A stretch of 63,444 bases of DNA, counting the filler. It is 5 parts of 5 records of this genome, joined end to end, with 100 filler letters (N's around TTAATTAATTAA, not from the genome) between each part and the next. Parts side by side here need not be neighbours in the genome. Positions count along the whole stretch, not along the records: positions 18,795 to 25,691 come from SRR2962707_4887; positions 25,792 to 45,976 come from SRR2962707_4888; 3 more parts are not named here. The stretch is one strand, 5' to 3'. The notes under the pieces were generated by a model. That model ran no database searches and was not told where the DNA came from. It worked only from the letters and a program-made list of their open reading frames with translations. This document shows positions 20,538 to 30,458 of the stretch, in pieces; the first letter of the stretch is position 1; the number at the start of each line of letters is the position of its first letter. The position numbers and the translations under genes were made by a program.

Positions 20538-22043
20538 TCAGCCGGCTTTGGCCAGATAGCCTTCGAGCCTTGCCGTCTCGTCCTTGCTCACCCGCAGACC
20601 CAGCTTGGTGCGCCGCCACAGGATATCCTGCGCGGTGCGCGCCCATTCATGGCTCACAAGATAGTCTACTTCGGCTGCATACAGATCAGCGCCAAAATGC
20701 TCGCCAAGGCTGGCCAGATCCTGCCGGTCGCCCAGCAGCACGCGCGCCTTGGTGCCATAGAGCCGGGTCAGGCGATGCGCCATTTCCTTGGGCAGTTCCG
20801 GATAGTCCTTGTGCAGCCGGCGCACCTCGGCATCGAACGCCAATGGCTCGAAATCGCCGCCGGGCAGGGTGCTCTTTTTGGTCCAGCGCTCGCCCTTGGC
20901 CCCCAGCACTTCTTCGATCTTTTCGAGCACCGACTCGGCCAGCCGCCGCGATGTGGTCAGCTTGCCGCCAAACACATTGATCGCCGCCCCGGTTTCGGCA
21001 TCGCCATCCACCTTGAGCACATAGTCGCGCGTGGCTTCCTGGGCCGCGCTGGCACCGTCGTCAAACAGCGGCCGCACGCCCGAATAGCTCCAGTGGATAT
21101 CGTCATGGGTCAGCGGCTTGGCAAAATACTCGCTCGCCGCGCTCAGCAGATAGTCGGTTTCGGCAGCGGAGATTTTGACGTCCTTGGGGTCGCCATCATA
21201 GTCCTCATCGGTGGTGCCGATCAGCGTGTAGTCGTTCTCATAGGGAATGGCGAAGATGATACGTCCGTCGCTGTTCTGGAATATATAGCAGCGGTCATGG
21301 TCATAAAGCTTGTGCACCACCAGATGGCTGCCTTTGACCAGCCGCACATTATGCGCGCCATTCTTGCCCATGGCTCCGGTGATGACATCATCAACCCAGG
21401 GCCCGGCGGCATTGACCACCAGCCTGGCGCGCACGGTCTGCCGACCTGCTTCACCATCCAGCTCGACGATCCATTCACCCTTGTCGCGGCGCAGGCTGGT
21501 CACCTTGGTGCGCACATGCACCGCCGCGCCCTTGTCGGCGGCGTCGCGGGTGTTCAGCACCACAAAGCGTGCATCATCCACCCAGCAGTCGGAATACTCA
21601 AAGCCCAGCTTGTAGCCTGGCTTGAGTGGCTTGCCGGTGATGTCCTTTTTCAGGTCCAGCGTCTTGGTGGGCGGCAGCAGGCGGCGCCCGCCCATATAGT
21701 CATACATGGCCAGCCCGGCGCGCAGGATCACCGCTGGCCGCAGGCCCTTGTGGTGCGGCAGCACAAAGCGGAGCGGCCAGATGATATGCGGCGCGGCAGC
21801 CCACAGGATTTCCCGCTCGGCCAGCGCCTCGTGCACCAGCCGGAATTCGTAATGCTCAAGATAGCGCAGCCCGCCATGCACCAGCTTGGTCGCGGCCGAG
21901 GAGGTGCCCGAGGCGAGATCATTCATCTCCGCCAGCGCGACCGAATAGCCGCGCCCCACGGCATCCCGAGCCACACTGGCGCCATTGATGCCGCCACCAA
22001 TGACAAAGATATCAACGCTGTCGCCTACGCTCATGGGTTCCAT
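20538..22043 (-). CDS. glpD: FAD-dependent glycerol-3-phosphate dehydrogenase
   Basis: IGGGING, GTSSAATKLVHGGLRYLE, YSGVRPL, GGKLTT, WRRTKLG. Confidence 0.96.
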   Translation of the reverse strand: MEPMSVGDSVDIFVIGGGINGASVARDAVGRGYSVALAEMNDLASGTSSAATKLVHGGLRYLEHYEFRLVHEALAEREILWAAAPHIIWPLRFVLPHHKGLRPAVILRAGLAMYDYMGGRRLLPPTKTLDLKKDITGKPLKPGYKLGFEYSDCWVDDARFVVLNTRDAADKGAAVHVRTKVTSLRRDKGEWIVELDGEAGRQTVRARLVVNAAGPWVDDVITGAMGKNGAHNVRLVKGSHLVVHKLYDHDRCYIFQNSDGRIIFAIPYENDYTLIGTTDEDYDGDPKDVKISAAETDYLLSAASEYFAKPLTHDDIHWSYSGVRPLFDDGASAAQEATRDYVLKVDGDAETGAAINVFGGKLTTSRRLAESVLEKIEEVLGAKGERWTKKSTLPGGDFEPLAFDAEVRRLHKDYPELPKEMAHRLTRLYGTKARVLLGDRQDLASLGEHFGADLYAAEVDYLVSHEWARTAQDILWRRTKLGLRVSKDETARLEGYLAKAG

Positions 22044-22053
22044 CCTGTGTTGC

Positions 22054-22103
22054 TTTCGTTTCTACGCGTTTGGATTTCGGATTGGAAGCATAGAGTTTCG
22101 TTT
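22054..22103. promoter_or_regulatory. Phased TTTCG(TT) repeats, candidate GlpR operator
   Basis: TTTCG at 22054, 22075 and 22096 (21-bp period), directly upstream of glpD. Confidence 0.6.
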
Positions 22104-22207
22104 ATCATCTCTGACGGCTACGTCAATCTACCATACCAGCTGGCCATTGACCCCGCGGTTTTGGCGGCGTACGGCAGGGAACCATCCCGGCCCCGGAAGT
22201 CTCGGCC

Positions 22208-23143
22208 ATGCTCGCCATCATCAGCGTTATTCTGCCCATCTTTGCATTGATGGCGTTTGGTTTTGGCGCCGTTCGGCTGCGCCTGTTTCCGGCCGAAGGC
22301 ATTAAGAGTCTGATTGCCTTCGTCAATAATTTCGCCACGCCCTGTCTGCTGTTCCACTCACTGGTAACGAGTGACTTCGCCGCCGCGTTCAATCCCGCGA
22401 TCATTGGCCCCTATTACATCGGCGCACTGGTCTGCTTTGTGCTGGGCATCGTCATTGCCCTGCGCGGCTTCGGCAACAGCCCCGGCGTTGCCGTCTCGGT
22501 GGGTTTTTCGGGCATGTTCACCAATACCGTTCTGGTCGGCCTGCCCATCATCCAGCGCGCCTATGGTGTCGAGGCGCTGCCGGTCGTGCTTTCCATCATC
22601 GGGCTGCATGGCGCCATCCTGCTGACCACCGGCATGGTCACCATCGAGCTGATGCGCCGCGATGGTGCCTCGCTGGGGCGCACCTTGCTGGTCGCCGGCA
22701 AGCGCGTGGCATCCAATCCGCTGATCTGGGGCATTGCGGCCGGCATGATCGGCTATTTCGTGGGCCTGCAACTGGTCGAGCCCGCCGATGCCTTCCTGCG
22801 CATGATGAGCCAGGCCGTCGTCCCCGCAGCCCTGTTCGGCATTGGTGGCGCCCTCAACGAGTTCAAGCTCTCCGACAATTGGCGCCAGGCGCTGATTGCC
22901 TCGCTGATCAAGCTGATCGTTCACCCCGCCATCGCCTATGTGCTGATGGTCTGGGTGTTCCATGTCCCCATGGAGATCGCGCGTTACGGCATCCTGCTCT
23001 CGGCCATGCCTGCGGGCGTCAATGCCTATGTCTTCGCCACCTATTACAATCGTGGCGTCAACGTCGCCGCCAATACCATTCTGATCGCCACCGTCAGCTC
23101 GGCGCTGACCATTTCGATCTGGCTCTACATTCTGACGCTCTAG
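22208..23143 (+). CDS. AEC family transporter
   Basis: About 10 hydrophobic segments; TNTVLVGLP, NPLIWG, AMPAGVNAY. Confidence 0.9.
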   Translation: MLAIISVILPIFALMAFGFGAVRLRLFPAEGIKSLIAFVNNFATPCLLFHSLVTSDFAAAFNPAIIGPYYIGALVCFVLGIVIALRGFGNSPGVAVSVGFSGMFTNTVLVGLPIIQRAYGVEALPVVLSIIGLHGAILLTTGMVTIELMRRDGASLGRTLLVAGKRVASNPLIWGIAAGMIGYFVGLQLVEPADAFLRMMSQAVVPAALFGIGGALNEFKLSDNWRQALIASLIKLIVHPAIAYVLMVWVFHVPMEIARYGILLSAMPAGVNAYVFATYYNRGVNVAANTILIATVSSALTISIWLYILTL

Positions 23144-23250
23144 GCACGGCCTGCACCGATCACGATTGTCGGCCCACACGCCTTTGGGCGGAACTACTTT
23201 AGCGCCAAACCATTTGCCTGCCACCCTTTGGATAAGCCGGTGGTTGTGTC

Positions 23251-23844
23251 GTGCGTGTTGCTTTCATTCTGTTTTTGACTCTGCTCGGAGCCCTTGTCAG
23301 CTTCACGGTAACTGCACTCGGCCAGGATCGCGATCAGGCAGTTTTCGCCTTTGGCGGGCGCTATGTGGACGGCTATTTTGAGCACGCTCTGGCGCCGCTG
23401 GTCGCTGATTACGAAGACAATGTGGTGCTTGGCGCCGGCTATCAGAAATTCCTCGCCGAGCCGCTTCCCGACTTCCATCTTGGTGTCGAGGCCGGCCTTG
23501 CCCTGCGGGGCGGGCAACAGGCCAGCGGCGAAGTCTGGGCTGGCGCGGTGGCTCGCTATGATGGCTGGACGATTGGCGAACAGCTGCGCATCTCACCCGC
23601 CTTCACCTTTGGCCTGAGCGCCGTCACCAATTCCATTGGGGTTGAGGCCGAGCGCGCCGCAGACCGCCATGCCGATCCCGGCCTCCTGTTTTATCTGGCG
23701 CCCGAGATCAACCTGTCAGCCCCGGATAACCCGGACACAGAACTGTTCTACCGCGTGCAGCATCGCTCCGGCGCCTGGGGAACCATGGGCGACATGTTCG
23801 ACGGCCACAACGCCCAAGTTATCGGCCTGCGCCATCATTTCTAG
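23251..23844 (+). CDS. Small outer-membrane beta-barrel protein, possibly PagL-like
   Basis: Signal peptide, amphipathic strands, YRVQHRSG motif, C-terminal Phe. Confidence 0.6.
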   Translation: MRVAFILFLTLLGALVSFTVTALGQDRDQAVFAFGGRYVDGYFEHALAPLVADYEDNVVLGAGYQKFLAEPLPDFHLGVEAGLALRGGQQASGEVWAGAVARYDGWTIGEQLRISPAFTFGLSAVTNSIGVEAERAADRHADPGLLFYLAPEINLSAPDNPDTELFYRVQHRSGAWGTMGDMFDGHNAQVIGLRHHF

Positions 23845-23859
23845 GCAGCAAGGCCGGGC

Positions 23860-24603
23860 TCACCCCTGGCTGGGGAGATTGGCCACGAACACCATTTCGG
23901 GCGAAAGCAACGCGTCGAACGCCGTGCCGTCCCAATCGCCCATCACCGTGTCGAGCACCAGACCCGCTTGCGCCAGCTGCCCGGCGATCGCCTCGCGCGT
24001 CAGAAACAGCAGCGTATTGTGCGAAACCATCGCAGTGTCAGCCAGCATGTAGTGGGTGTCGAAGTGTATATAGGCGCCATCGAGGCGTATGTTGCGGTGC
24101 GCTTCGGTCACACTTTGCCCATCAAACTGCAGTACCGTTTCGCCGCCCCACCGCGCCACCCAGTCTATGGCAGGGTTGCGGGACTCAAAAACAACCTCGC
24201 CGCCGGGTGCCAGATGGGTGCGGATCACCGCCAGCGTTTGCTGCACGGCAGCCTCATCTGCCAGCGCCTGAAAGGCATGGCCTGTCATGATGATCAGGTC
24301 GAAACGCTTCTCGCTGCAAAACTGCTCGGCGGTAGCCTGGACCCATTCGATCTGTGCGCCATTGGGTTTGTTTCTGGCCACCGCGAGCATGGCGGCGGCT
24401 GGGTCAACCCCGGTCACGCTATGGCCGCGTGCGGCATAGGCGTCGCACATCAATCCCGTACCGCAGCCCAGATCAAGGATGCGCTTGGGGGTATTCCCGG
24501 CCCGCTCAAGATAGAAGTCGCGATCCGCTGACCAGCCGCTGTCCTGATCATAGAGCCGCGCCAATAGCGGGCTCTCATAATGCAGGGGATTGGCAGCCGC
24601 CAA
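23860..24603 (-). CDS. Class I SAM-dependent methyltransferase
   Basis: ILDLGCGTG, VTGVDPAAAML, FDLIIMTGHAFQ. Confidence 0.9.
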   Translation of the reverse strand: MAAANPLHYESPLLARLYDQDSGWSADRDFYLERAGNTPKRILDLGCGTGLMCDAYAARGHSVTGVDPAAAMLAVARNKPNGAQIEWVQATAEQFCSEKRFDLIIMTGHAFQALADEAAVQQTLAVIRTHLAPGGEVVFESRNPAIDWVARWGGETVLQFDGQSVTEAHRNIRLDGAYIHFDTHYMLADTAMVSHNTLLFLTREAIAGQLAQAGLVLDTVMGDWDGTAFDALLSPEMVFVANLPSQG

Positions 24604-24605
24604 AC

Positions 24606-25430
24606 TCAGGCCTCCGAAGCGACCGATACGGATAGCACTTCAACGCCGTCGCCTTCGGGCGATGCGCGCAGCGGGGTGCTCGACAACTCGTCCAGCCCAA
24701 CGGCCATCCGTACATGGCGGTCGGACGGACAGATCTGCAGCAGCGGATCAAACCCCACCCAGCCCAGTACCTCGTCATAGGCTTCCCCCCAGACATGATA
24801 GCCAATCAGATCGTCATCGCCATCAGGTTCTGCGGCCACATAGCCGGTCACAAAACGTGCCGGGATGTCGAGCGCACGCGCCCCGCCAATAAACATGTGA
24901 ACCAGTTCGCTGGCTGTTGCCGGTGCCGCCTCATCCGAACTCTGGCTCTGGCTTTGCGAGCCTCCCGACGAACTCTGCGACTGGCTCTGACCTGCTTCGG
25001 TGTCCACGCCCAGCGTTTCGCCCACACGCGCCATCAATGCGTGCAGCACATCGATTCGCGAATCCTTGCTACCTCTGAACTTGCTGTACAATGTGACCGA
25101 AACCTTGGTCAGCGGCGTAATCCGCTTGAACAGCGCCGGCACGTTTTCGCCGCTGATACGGCCAACAACACCATGCTTGTCCGTGGTTTGCACGATACCG
25201 CTCACGGTCACCACCAGCGGTCCTTCAGGTTTTTCCTGGTTCACCAGTTGAACGCTATTGCCATAGGCATCTGAAAACACCGCCGCATTGTCGATCCCGG
25301 GAACCTCGACATTCCACTCCTCAACAGTCTGCGTCGATCCGTTGCTGGGGGTCAGCAACAGGTGCATCACGGCGTGAGCTGTGCCGGCAGGCGGGGTAAC
25401 GCTCAATTGGTGGCGGATGGTGATACGCAT
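24606..25430 (-). CDS. Transglutaminase family protein (catalytic Cys apparently absent)
   Basis: DAYGN, LDIPARFVTGY, HVWGEAY, GWVGFDP. ATASELVH stands where GVCQDxxH is expected. Confidence 0.85.
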   Translation of the reverse strand: MRITIRHQLSVTPPAGTAHAVMHLLLTPSNGSTQTVEEWNVEVPGIDNAAVFSDAYGNSVQLVNQEKPEGPLVVTVSGIVQTTDKHGVVGRISGENVPALFKRITPLTKVSVTLYSKFRGSKDSRIDVLHALMARVGETLGVDTEAGQSQSQSSSGGSQSQSQSSDEAAPATASELVHMFIGGARALDIPARFVTGYVAAEPDGDDDLIGYHVWGEAYDEVLGWVGFDPLLQICPSDRHVRMAVGLDELSSTPLRASPEGDGVEVLSVSVASEA

Positions 25431-25691
25431 CAGTAAAAGTTGTAACTCTCCGAAAGGGTGTCCGAAACGCGGTCGGCCCGGGCCATGAATTCGGTAAGGA
25501 AATCATGCAGCCCAAATCCGAAGATCTTGTCCATGTCGGTGTTTTCCACCATGGCTCGTAGCTGGCTTGCGGCCTCGTTGCAGGCCTGGCGCTCGCCATA
25601 GAACTTGCTCAGCGTCGCCAGATTGTCTTCCACATACTGTGCGCAATACACCAGTGATCGGGGCATTTCGGGCCGCAGGATCAGGAAGTCG
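25430..25691 (-). CDS. Alpha-E domain protein, C-terminal part
   Basis: DFLILRPEMPRSL...GLHDFLTEF...Y, coupled to the transglutaminase. Confidence 0.85.
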
Positions 25692-25791
25692 NNNNNNNNN
25701 NNNNNNNNNNNNNNNNNNNNNNNNNNNNNNNNNNNTTAATTAATTAANNNNNNNNNNNNNNNNNNNNNNNNNNNNNNNNNNNNNNNNNNNN
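25692..25791. other. Artificial contig linker
   Basis: N44-TTAATTAATTAA-N44. Confidence 0.99.
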
Positions 25792-25893
25792 TTGAATATA
25801 TTTATTATTGTTCTTTTCTGATGCTACTTATGCGCCACAAGCACCACCCTGGTCAACAGAAGCAGGCAACAAGATCATAAATATGATCTTAAT

Positions 25894-26838
25894 TCAGGCG
25901 GATTTGGCACCATAATACAGGGTCACTACATGCCGGGCTTCGGCGAAAAACAGCCAGCGCTCAACGACAACCCCGACGCTCAGGCAAAACGCCGCGATAA
26001 AACTGGCAACCATCACCAACGGTCCGTTGAGCAGATATGACATCACAAGCATGACCAAAGGCACCGTAAACCCGACGAGATGCACGATCCGACGCAGCTT
26101 GTCGGCGTGCTTACGGGCAATCTTGAACCCCATTTCCTGTTGCAGGTAGTTCTCTTCGGTATGCGGGCCTTCCAGCAGCGTTATGGTTTCACCTTTAAGT
26201 CCCGTAGCCGACTTCGGGGTCGACGGGTGCTGGGTCGTATCAATGAATTGCCAGTACATACGTTTGATGCGCCAGGCAATCAGCAAAGCAACCACCGTAA
26301 AGGCTAGATAGGGTCTGTCGACACCGACCGTGGCCGACTGCAGTGCCGTAATCCACACAGCACCTGATGCAAGCGCCATGGACAGATAAAGCCAGACAGT
26401 CCATTTATTGGCCCACTGATGAACGGTCTTGAGGCTCCGGTAAATCATCGCTGTCGAATAAACCGTCGCCAGAGCCAATGCCGCCGACAGACCGGCAGCA
26501 ATCCCCCCCAGACCGGAGAGATCAGCGGCGAAAATCCAGAAATACGCCAGTATCAGCCAGGGACCATACGTCAGGACGGAAAGGACGCCTTCGCGCGACA
26601 GCCAGCTTGAACGCCATTGCGTCAATGCCCGCCAAGCACGCTCCGGATGGCCCAGATGGAACGTCGATGACAACAAACCTGCCGTTACCAGAATAAAGGC
26701 CAGTCCCAGGGCCAGCATGCCAAAAGTGCGGTCCAGCGGCACCATTTGCCATGCACCAAGCATCGCCAGGATAAAAAGCATCCCATAACCGGCACCGGAC
26801 GCCGTCGTGAAAAAGATAACTGAAAAAGCAGGATGCAT
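25894..26838 (-). CDS. soeC: Sulfite dehydrogenase membrane anchor (DmsC/NrfD-like)
   Basis: MHPAFSVIFFTTASGAGYG, HLGHPERAW, SWLSREG, ERWLFFAEA. Confidence 0.9.
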   Translation of the reverse strand: MHPAFSVIFFTTASGAGYGMLFILAMLGAWQMVPLDRTFGMLALGLAFILVTAGLLSSTFHLGHPERAWRALTQWRSSWLSREGVLSVLTYGPWLILAYFWIFAADLSGLGGIAAGLSAALALATVYSTAMIYRSLKTVHQWANKWTVWLYLSMALASGAVWITALQSATVGVDRPYLAFTVVALLIAWRIKRMYWQFIDTTQHPSTPKSATGLKGETITLLEGPHTEENYLQQEMGFKIARKHADKLRRIVHLVGFTVPLVMLVMSYLLNGPLVMVASFIAAFCLSVGVVVERWLFFAEARHVVTLYYGAKSA

Positions 26839-26841
26839 AAC

Positions 26842-27588
26842 TTACCTCGACAGCGCGCGGTCGATCCACCGCAGGATCGGATTGTCAGTACCGGGGGTCA
26901 CGGGGATTTCACTCGGCAGGCCACTCTCTTCTGCCTTGTTCCGGCGGGGACGCGGCGGCAGATACTTGTTGGTTGGCTTATAACCCATTTCCGCCATCAG
27001 ATCATAACCCTGCCGTTCGGCAACCAGCTTCGAAACGGCGGAATTCGGATCGCCAAGATCACCGAAATGACGGGCACTGGCCGGGCACGTTGAAACACAC
27101 GCGGGAACTCGATCCACCTCGTCCATGTTTTCATTGTAGATCCGGTCGATGCAAAGCGTGCATTTCTTCATCACACCTTCGTCGGCATCGTATTCACGTG
27201 CGCCATAGGGGCAGGCCCAGCTGCAAAGCTTGCAACCGATGCACTTGTCTTCGTTGACCAGAACGATCCCGTCTTCTTCCCGCTTGAAGCTCGCCCCTGT
27301 CGGGCAAACTGTGACGCAAGCGGCTTCTTCGCAATGCAGACAAGACTTAGGGAAGTGCACGGTCCGGGACGGCTCCCCTTCCCCGGCCGAGGCTTCGAAA
27401 GTGTGTATCCGGTTGAACCAGACACCGATCGGCTTCGCCCCGTAAGGATCTTTGTCCGTCAACGGCGCAGCATGGCCGCCGGCGTTCCATTCCTTGCAGT
27501 TCACCGCACAGGCATGGCAGCCGACACAGATATCCAGGTCAATGACCAGGCCCAGTTTTTGTTTCGTTGAGGAAGGCAGCATCGTCAT
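26842..27588 (-). CDS. soeB: Sulfite dehydrogenase Fe-S subunit
   Basis: Four ferredoxin Cys clusters (CVGCHAC, CLHC..CVTVCP, CIGCKLC..CP, CTLC..C..CP). Confidence 0.92.
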   Translation of the reverse strand: MTMLPSSTKQKLGLVIDLDICVGCHACAVNCKEWNAGGHAAPLTDKDPYGAKPIGVWFNRIHTFEASAGEGEPSRTVHFPKSCLHCEEAACVTVCPTGASFKREEDGIVLVNEDKCIGCKLCSWACPYGAREYDADEGVMKKCTLCIDRIYNENMDEVDRVPACVSTCPASARHFGDLGDPNSAVSKLVAERQGYDLMAEMGYKPTNKYLPPRPRRNKAEESGLPSEIPVTPGTDNPILRWIDRALSR

Positions 27589-30458
27589 GATTGGCGACCT
27601 TTCCTGAATTCCGCCCCGTAGCTGAGCTTGATCGGCGCGACGCCAAGCCCCGCCGGCTTCTTGGTCGGGTCAAACTGCGGGAAACTCTCGGCATCTTCCG
27701 CCGGATCGGCTTTTTTGACCCGGACCCGAAGATCATACCAGGCAGCCTGCCCGGTAACGGGATCGGCGTTGGCATATCGATAACCGTCATCACGCGGCGG
27801 CAGCAATTCTGAAATCACGTGATTGAGGAGGAAGCCCTTCTTCGCTTCACCGGCATCCGCATCAAGATTCCAAGCGCCCGAACGCTTGCCGATAGCGTTC
27901 CAGGTCCAGACCGTGGATGATTCAACCCCATCCATCAGAGCAACCTGCACACGGATCCGCCCGTGATAGCTTTCAACCCACGCCCAGTCCCCATCACCGA
28001 TTTCAAGCTCGGCTGCGGCTTCGTGGTTCATGTAAAGTTTGTTCGAGCCCGTGATCTGGCGGAGCCAGGCATTCTGTGATCCCCACGAATGGTACATCTG
28101 CATCGGGCGCTGGGTCAGCGCATGCATCGGATACTGATCCAGATCGATCATTGAATGCTCGAACGGCGGATACCAGATCGGCATCGGATCGAAATAGGCG
28201 TCGATCCGCGCACGTTCACGCTCGGGTGGCTGAATCTCCCCATGACCGCGGGCGGCATTCCTGAACTTCTGCATGACCTCTGAATAAATCTGCAGAACGA
28301 TCGGCTCGGCACTGCCGATGAAGCCGACACTTTTTGCCCATTCCAGATAGGACTTGTTGGCAAACTTGAAGAATTTCTGATCATCATCGAAGTGATGCGA
28401 CCAGAAACAGCCGTTTTCGATATATCGGTCCAACTGGTTCGGATTAACGGCGCCTTTGCCGTGCTTGTCGCCAGCCTCACCGCGCCAACCGGCCAATGGA
28501 CCGATCCCCGGCCCGCGTTCATGATTGACGATGTAATCCGGATACCCGCCCGGATATTTCGGATTGCCATCGTCATCTGTCATGCCCGGCAGTTTCAGGC
28601 GGGCGCCGAGATCCAGGAGAACGCTCTGGAACGGGCGCACATCCCGGTCAAGTTCGATGATCGGCTGGCGGATCGCATCCTGTGCAGCATCTGCTTCACA
28701 GATCGGCCGATCCAGCAGTGAAATACAATCCCAGCGTTCCAGATACGTGGTATCCGGCAACACCAGATCGGCATACGGAATCATTTCCGAATAGAAAGCA
28801 TCCGAATAGATAATCCTCGGGATTTTGTACTCGCCCGTATGCTCGTCAACGTCGGTCAGCATCTTGATCGTGCCCGAGGTGTTCATCGAAGAATTCCAGC
28901 TCATGTTGGCCATGAACATGAAAAGCGTATCGATGGGATACGGATCGCCCTTCCAGGCATTGCTGATGACCATGTGCATCAAGCCATGCGCGGATAAAGG
29001 AAACTCCCAGGAAAAGGCCTTGTCGATCCGGCCGGGTTTCCCCTCGCTGTCGACGATCAGGTCTTCGGGACCGGTCGGGAAGCCGAGCGGCGGCCCGCCC
29101 AGCGGCTGGCCGGCATGAACAGAGCCCGGTTTCCCCGCAGGTTTGAGCGCCGGCGGTATTGCTTTCGGGAACGGTGGCTTGTTTCTGAAACCGCCCGGGC
29201 AATCAACACTGCCGATCAGCGTCTGCAGCAAATGAATGGCCCGGCAGGTGTGGAAGCCGTTCGAGTGTGCGGAAATTCCCCGCATCGCATGCATGGCAAC
29301 CGGACGGCCGATGAATTTGTCGTGCTTGCGGCCATAGGCATCAACCCACGGCGTGTTGATCTCGATGCTTTCCTTGAAGGCAACGTGCGCAATTTCGGCA
29401 GCGACACGACGAATGGTATCTGCTGGGATGCCTGTCTGCTTGGTAACCGCATCCGGTGTGTATTTGGCATCCAGATATCGCGCAGCCATCAACTGGAATG
29501 ACGGCACGGCAACGCGGCCGTCTTCTAGGGTCACATTCCCTGCCAGCACCGGATGCGCGGTAATATCCATCGCCGATGCGACGGCTTTCTTCTCACCATC
29601 CCAGATCAGCGGCGCCCCGTCTTCATCGCGTGCAAAAAGACCGTCATCAGCACCGCCCGGATTCTGGATGACGAGCCATGGCGCATTGGTATAGGTGGCA
29701 AGATACTGTTCGTCGACGTTGCCGCTCCGCAGCAATTCGTGAATCAGCGACATAACGAACAGACCGTCCGTACCAGGCTTGATGCCGAGCCATTCGTCGG
29801 CAATCGCCGAATAGCCGGTACGCACCGGATTGACGGAAACGAATTTTGACCCGTTTTTCTTGAGCTTGCTCAAGCCGATCTTGATTGGATTGGAATCATG
29901 ATCTTCGGCAACACCGAACATCAGGAAGTATTTAGCCCGATCCCAGTCAGGCTCGCCGAATTCCCAGAACGAACCACCGATGGAATATAATCCGGCAGCC
30001 GCCATATTGACCGAACAGAAACCGCCATGTGCGGCATGGTTCGGTGTTCCGAACTGGCTTGCCCACCACCCGGTCAGGGACTGCGACTGATCGCGTCCGG
30101 TGAAGAATGCCAGTTTCTTGGGATCGGTTTCACGAATGTGACCGAGCCAGCCACTGGCAATTTCCAGGGCTTCATCCCATTCAATTTCTTCAAACTCGCC
30201 CGAACCGCGCGGGCCGACGCGTTTCAACGGCTTCGTCAGCTTTGCCGGTGAGTGCTGCGTCATGATCCCCGCAGAACCCTTCGCGCAAAGGACGCCACGG
30301 TTGACGGGATGATCGCGGTTTCCCTGAATGTAGCGGATCTGCCCGTCCTTCAGATGCACTTTGATCCCGCATCTGCAGGCACACATGTAGCACGTGGTGG
30401 TTTTGACCTCGTCAGCGACGACTGGCGAGGTATCAACAGCATTATCCTTGCTGCTCAT
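27585..30458 (-). CDS. soeA: Sulfite dehydrogenase molybdopterin subunit
   Basis: TTCYMCACRCGI, FFTGRDQSQ, AAHGGFCSVNMA, MYHSWGSQNAWLRQI. No Tat signal, consistent with cytoplasm-facing SoeA. Confidence 0.92.
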   Translation of the reverse strand: MSSKDNAVDTSPVVADEVKTTTCYMCACRCGIKVHLKDGQIRYIQGNRDHPVNRGVLCAKGSAGIMTQHSPAKLTKPLKRVGPRGSGEFEEIEWDEALEIASGWLGHIRETDPKKLAFFTGRDQSQSLTGWWASQFGTPNHAAHGGFCSVNMAAAGLYSIGGSFWEFGEPDWDRAKYFLMFGVAEDHDSNPIKIGLSKLKKNGSKFVSVNPVRTGYSAIADEWLGIKPGTDGLFVMSLIHELLRSGNVDEQYLATYTNAPWLVIQNPGGADDGLFARDEDGAPLIWDGEKKAVASAMDITAHPVLAGNVTLEDGRVAVPSFQLMAARYLDAKYTPDAVTKQTGIPADTIRRVAAEIAHVAFKESIEINTPWVDAYGRKHDKFIGRPVAMHAMRGISAHSNGFHTCRAIHLLQTLIGSVDCPGGFRNKPPFPKAIPPALKPAGKPGSVHAGQPLGGPPLGFPTGPEDLIVDSEGKPGRIDKAFSWEFPLSAHGLMHMVISNAWKGDPYPIDTLFMFMANMSWNSSMNTSGTIKMLTDVDEHTGEYKIPRIIYSDAFYSEMIPYADLVLPDTTYLERWDCISLLDRPICEADAAQDAIRQPIIELDRDVRPFQSVLLDLGARLKLPGMTDDDGNPKYPGGYPDYIVNHERGPGIGPLAGWRGEAGDKHGKGAVNPNQLDRYIENGCFWSHHFDDDQKFFKFANKSYLEWAKSVGFIGSAEPIVLQIYSEVMQKFRNAARGHGEIQPPERERARIDAYFDPMPIWYPPFEHSMIDLDQYPMHALTQRPMQMYHSWGSQNAWLRQITGSNKLYMNHEAAAELEIGDGDWAWVESYHGRIRVQVALMDGVESSTVWTWNAIGKRSGAWNLDADAGEAKKGFLLNHVISELLPPRDDGYRYANADPVTGQAAWYDLRVRVKKADPAEDAESFPQFDPTKKPAGLGVAPIKLSYGAEFRKGRQS

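Noticed and set aside
20649-22250. Long antisense ORFs (533 aa here; also 12518-13483, 42851-43993, 52312-53319)
   Set aside because: Shadows of high-GC coding genes on the opposite strand, with no recognisable motifs.
15150-25430. Two transglutaminase genes as one system
   Set aside because: They are on different contigs separated by a linker.
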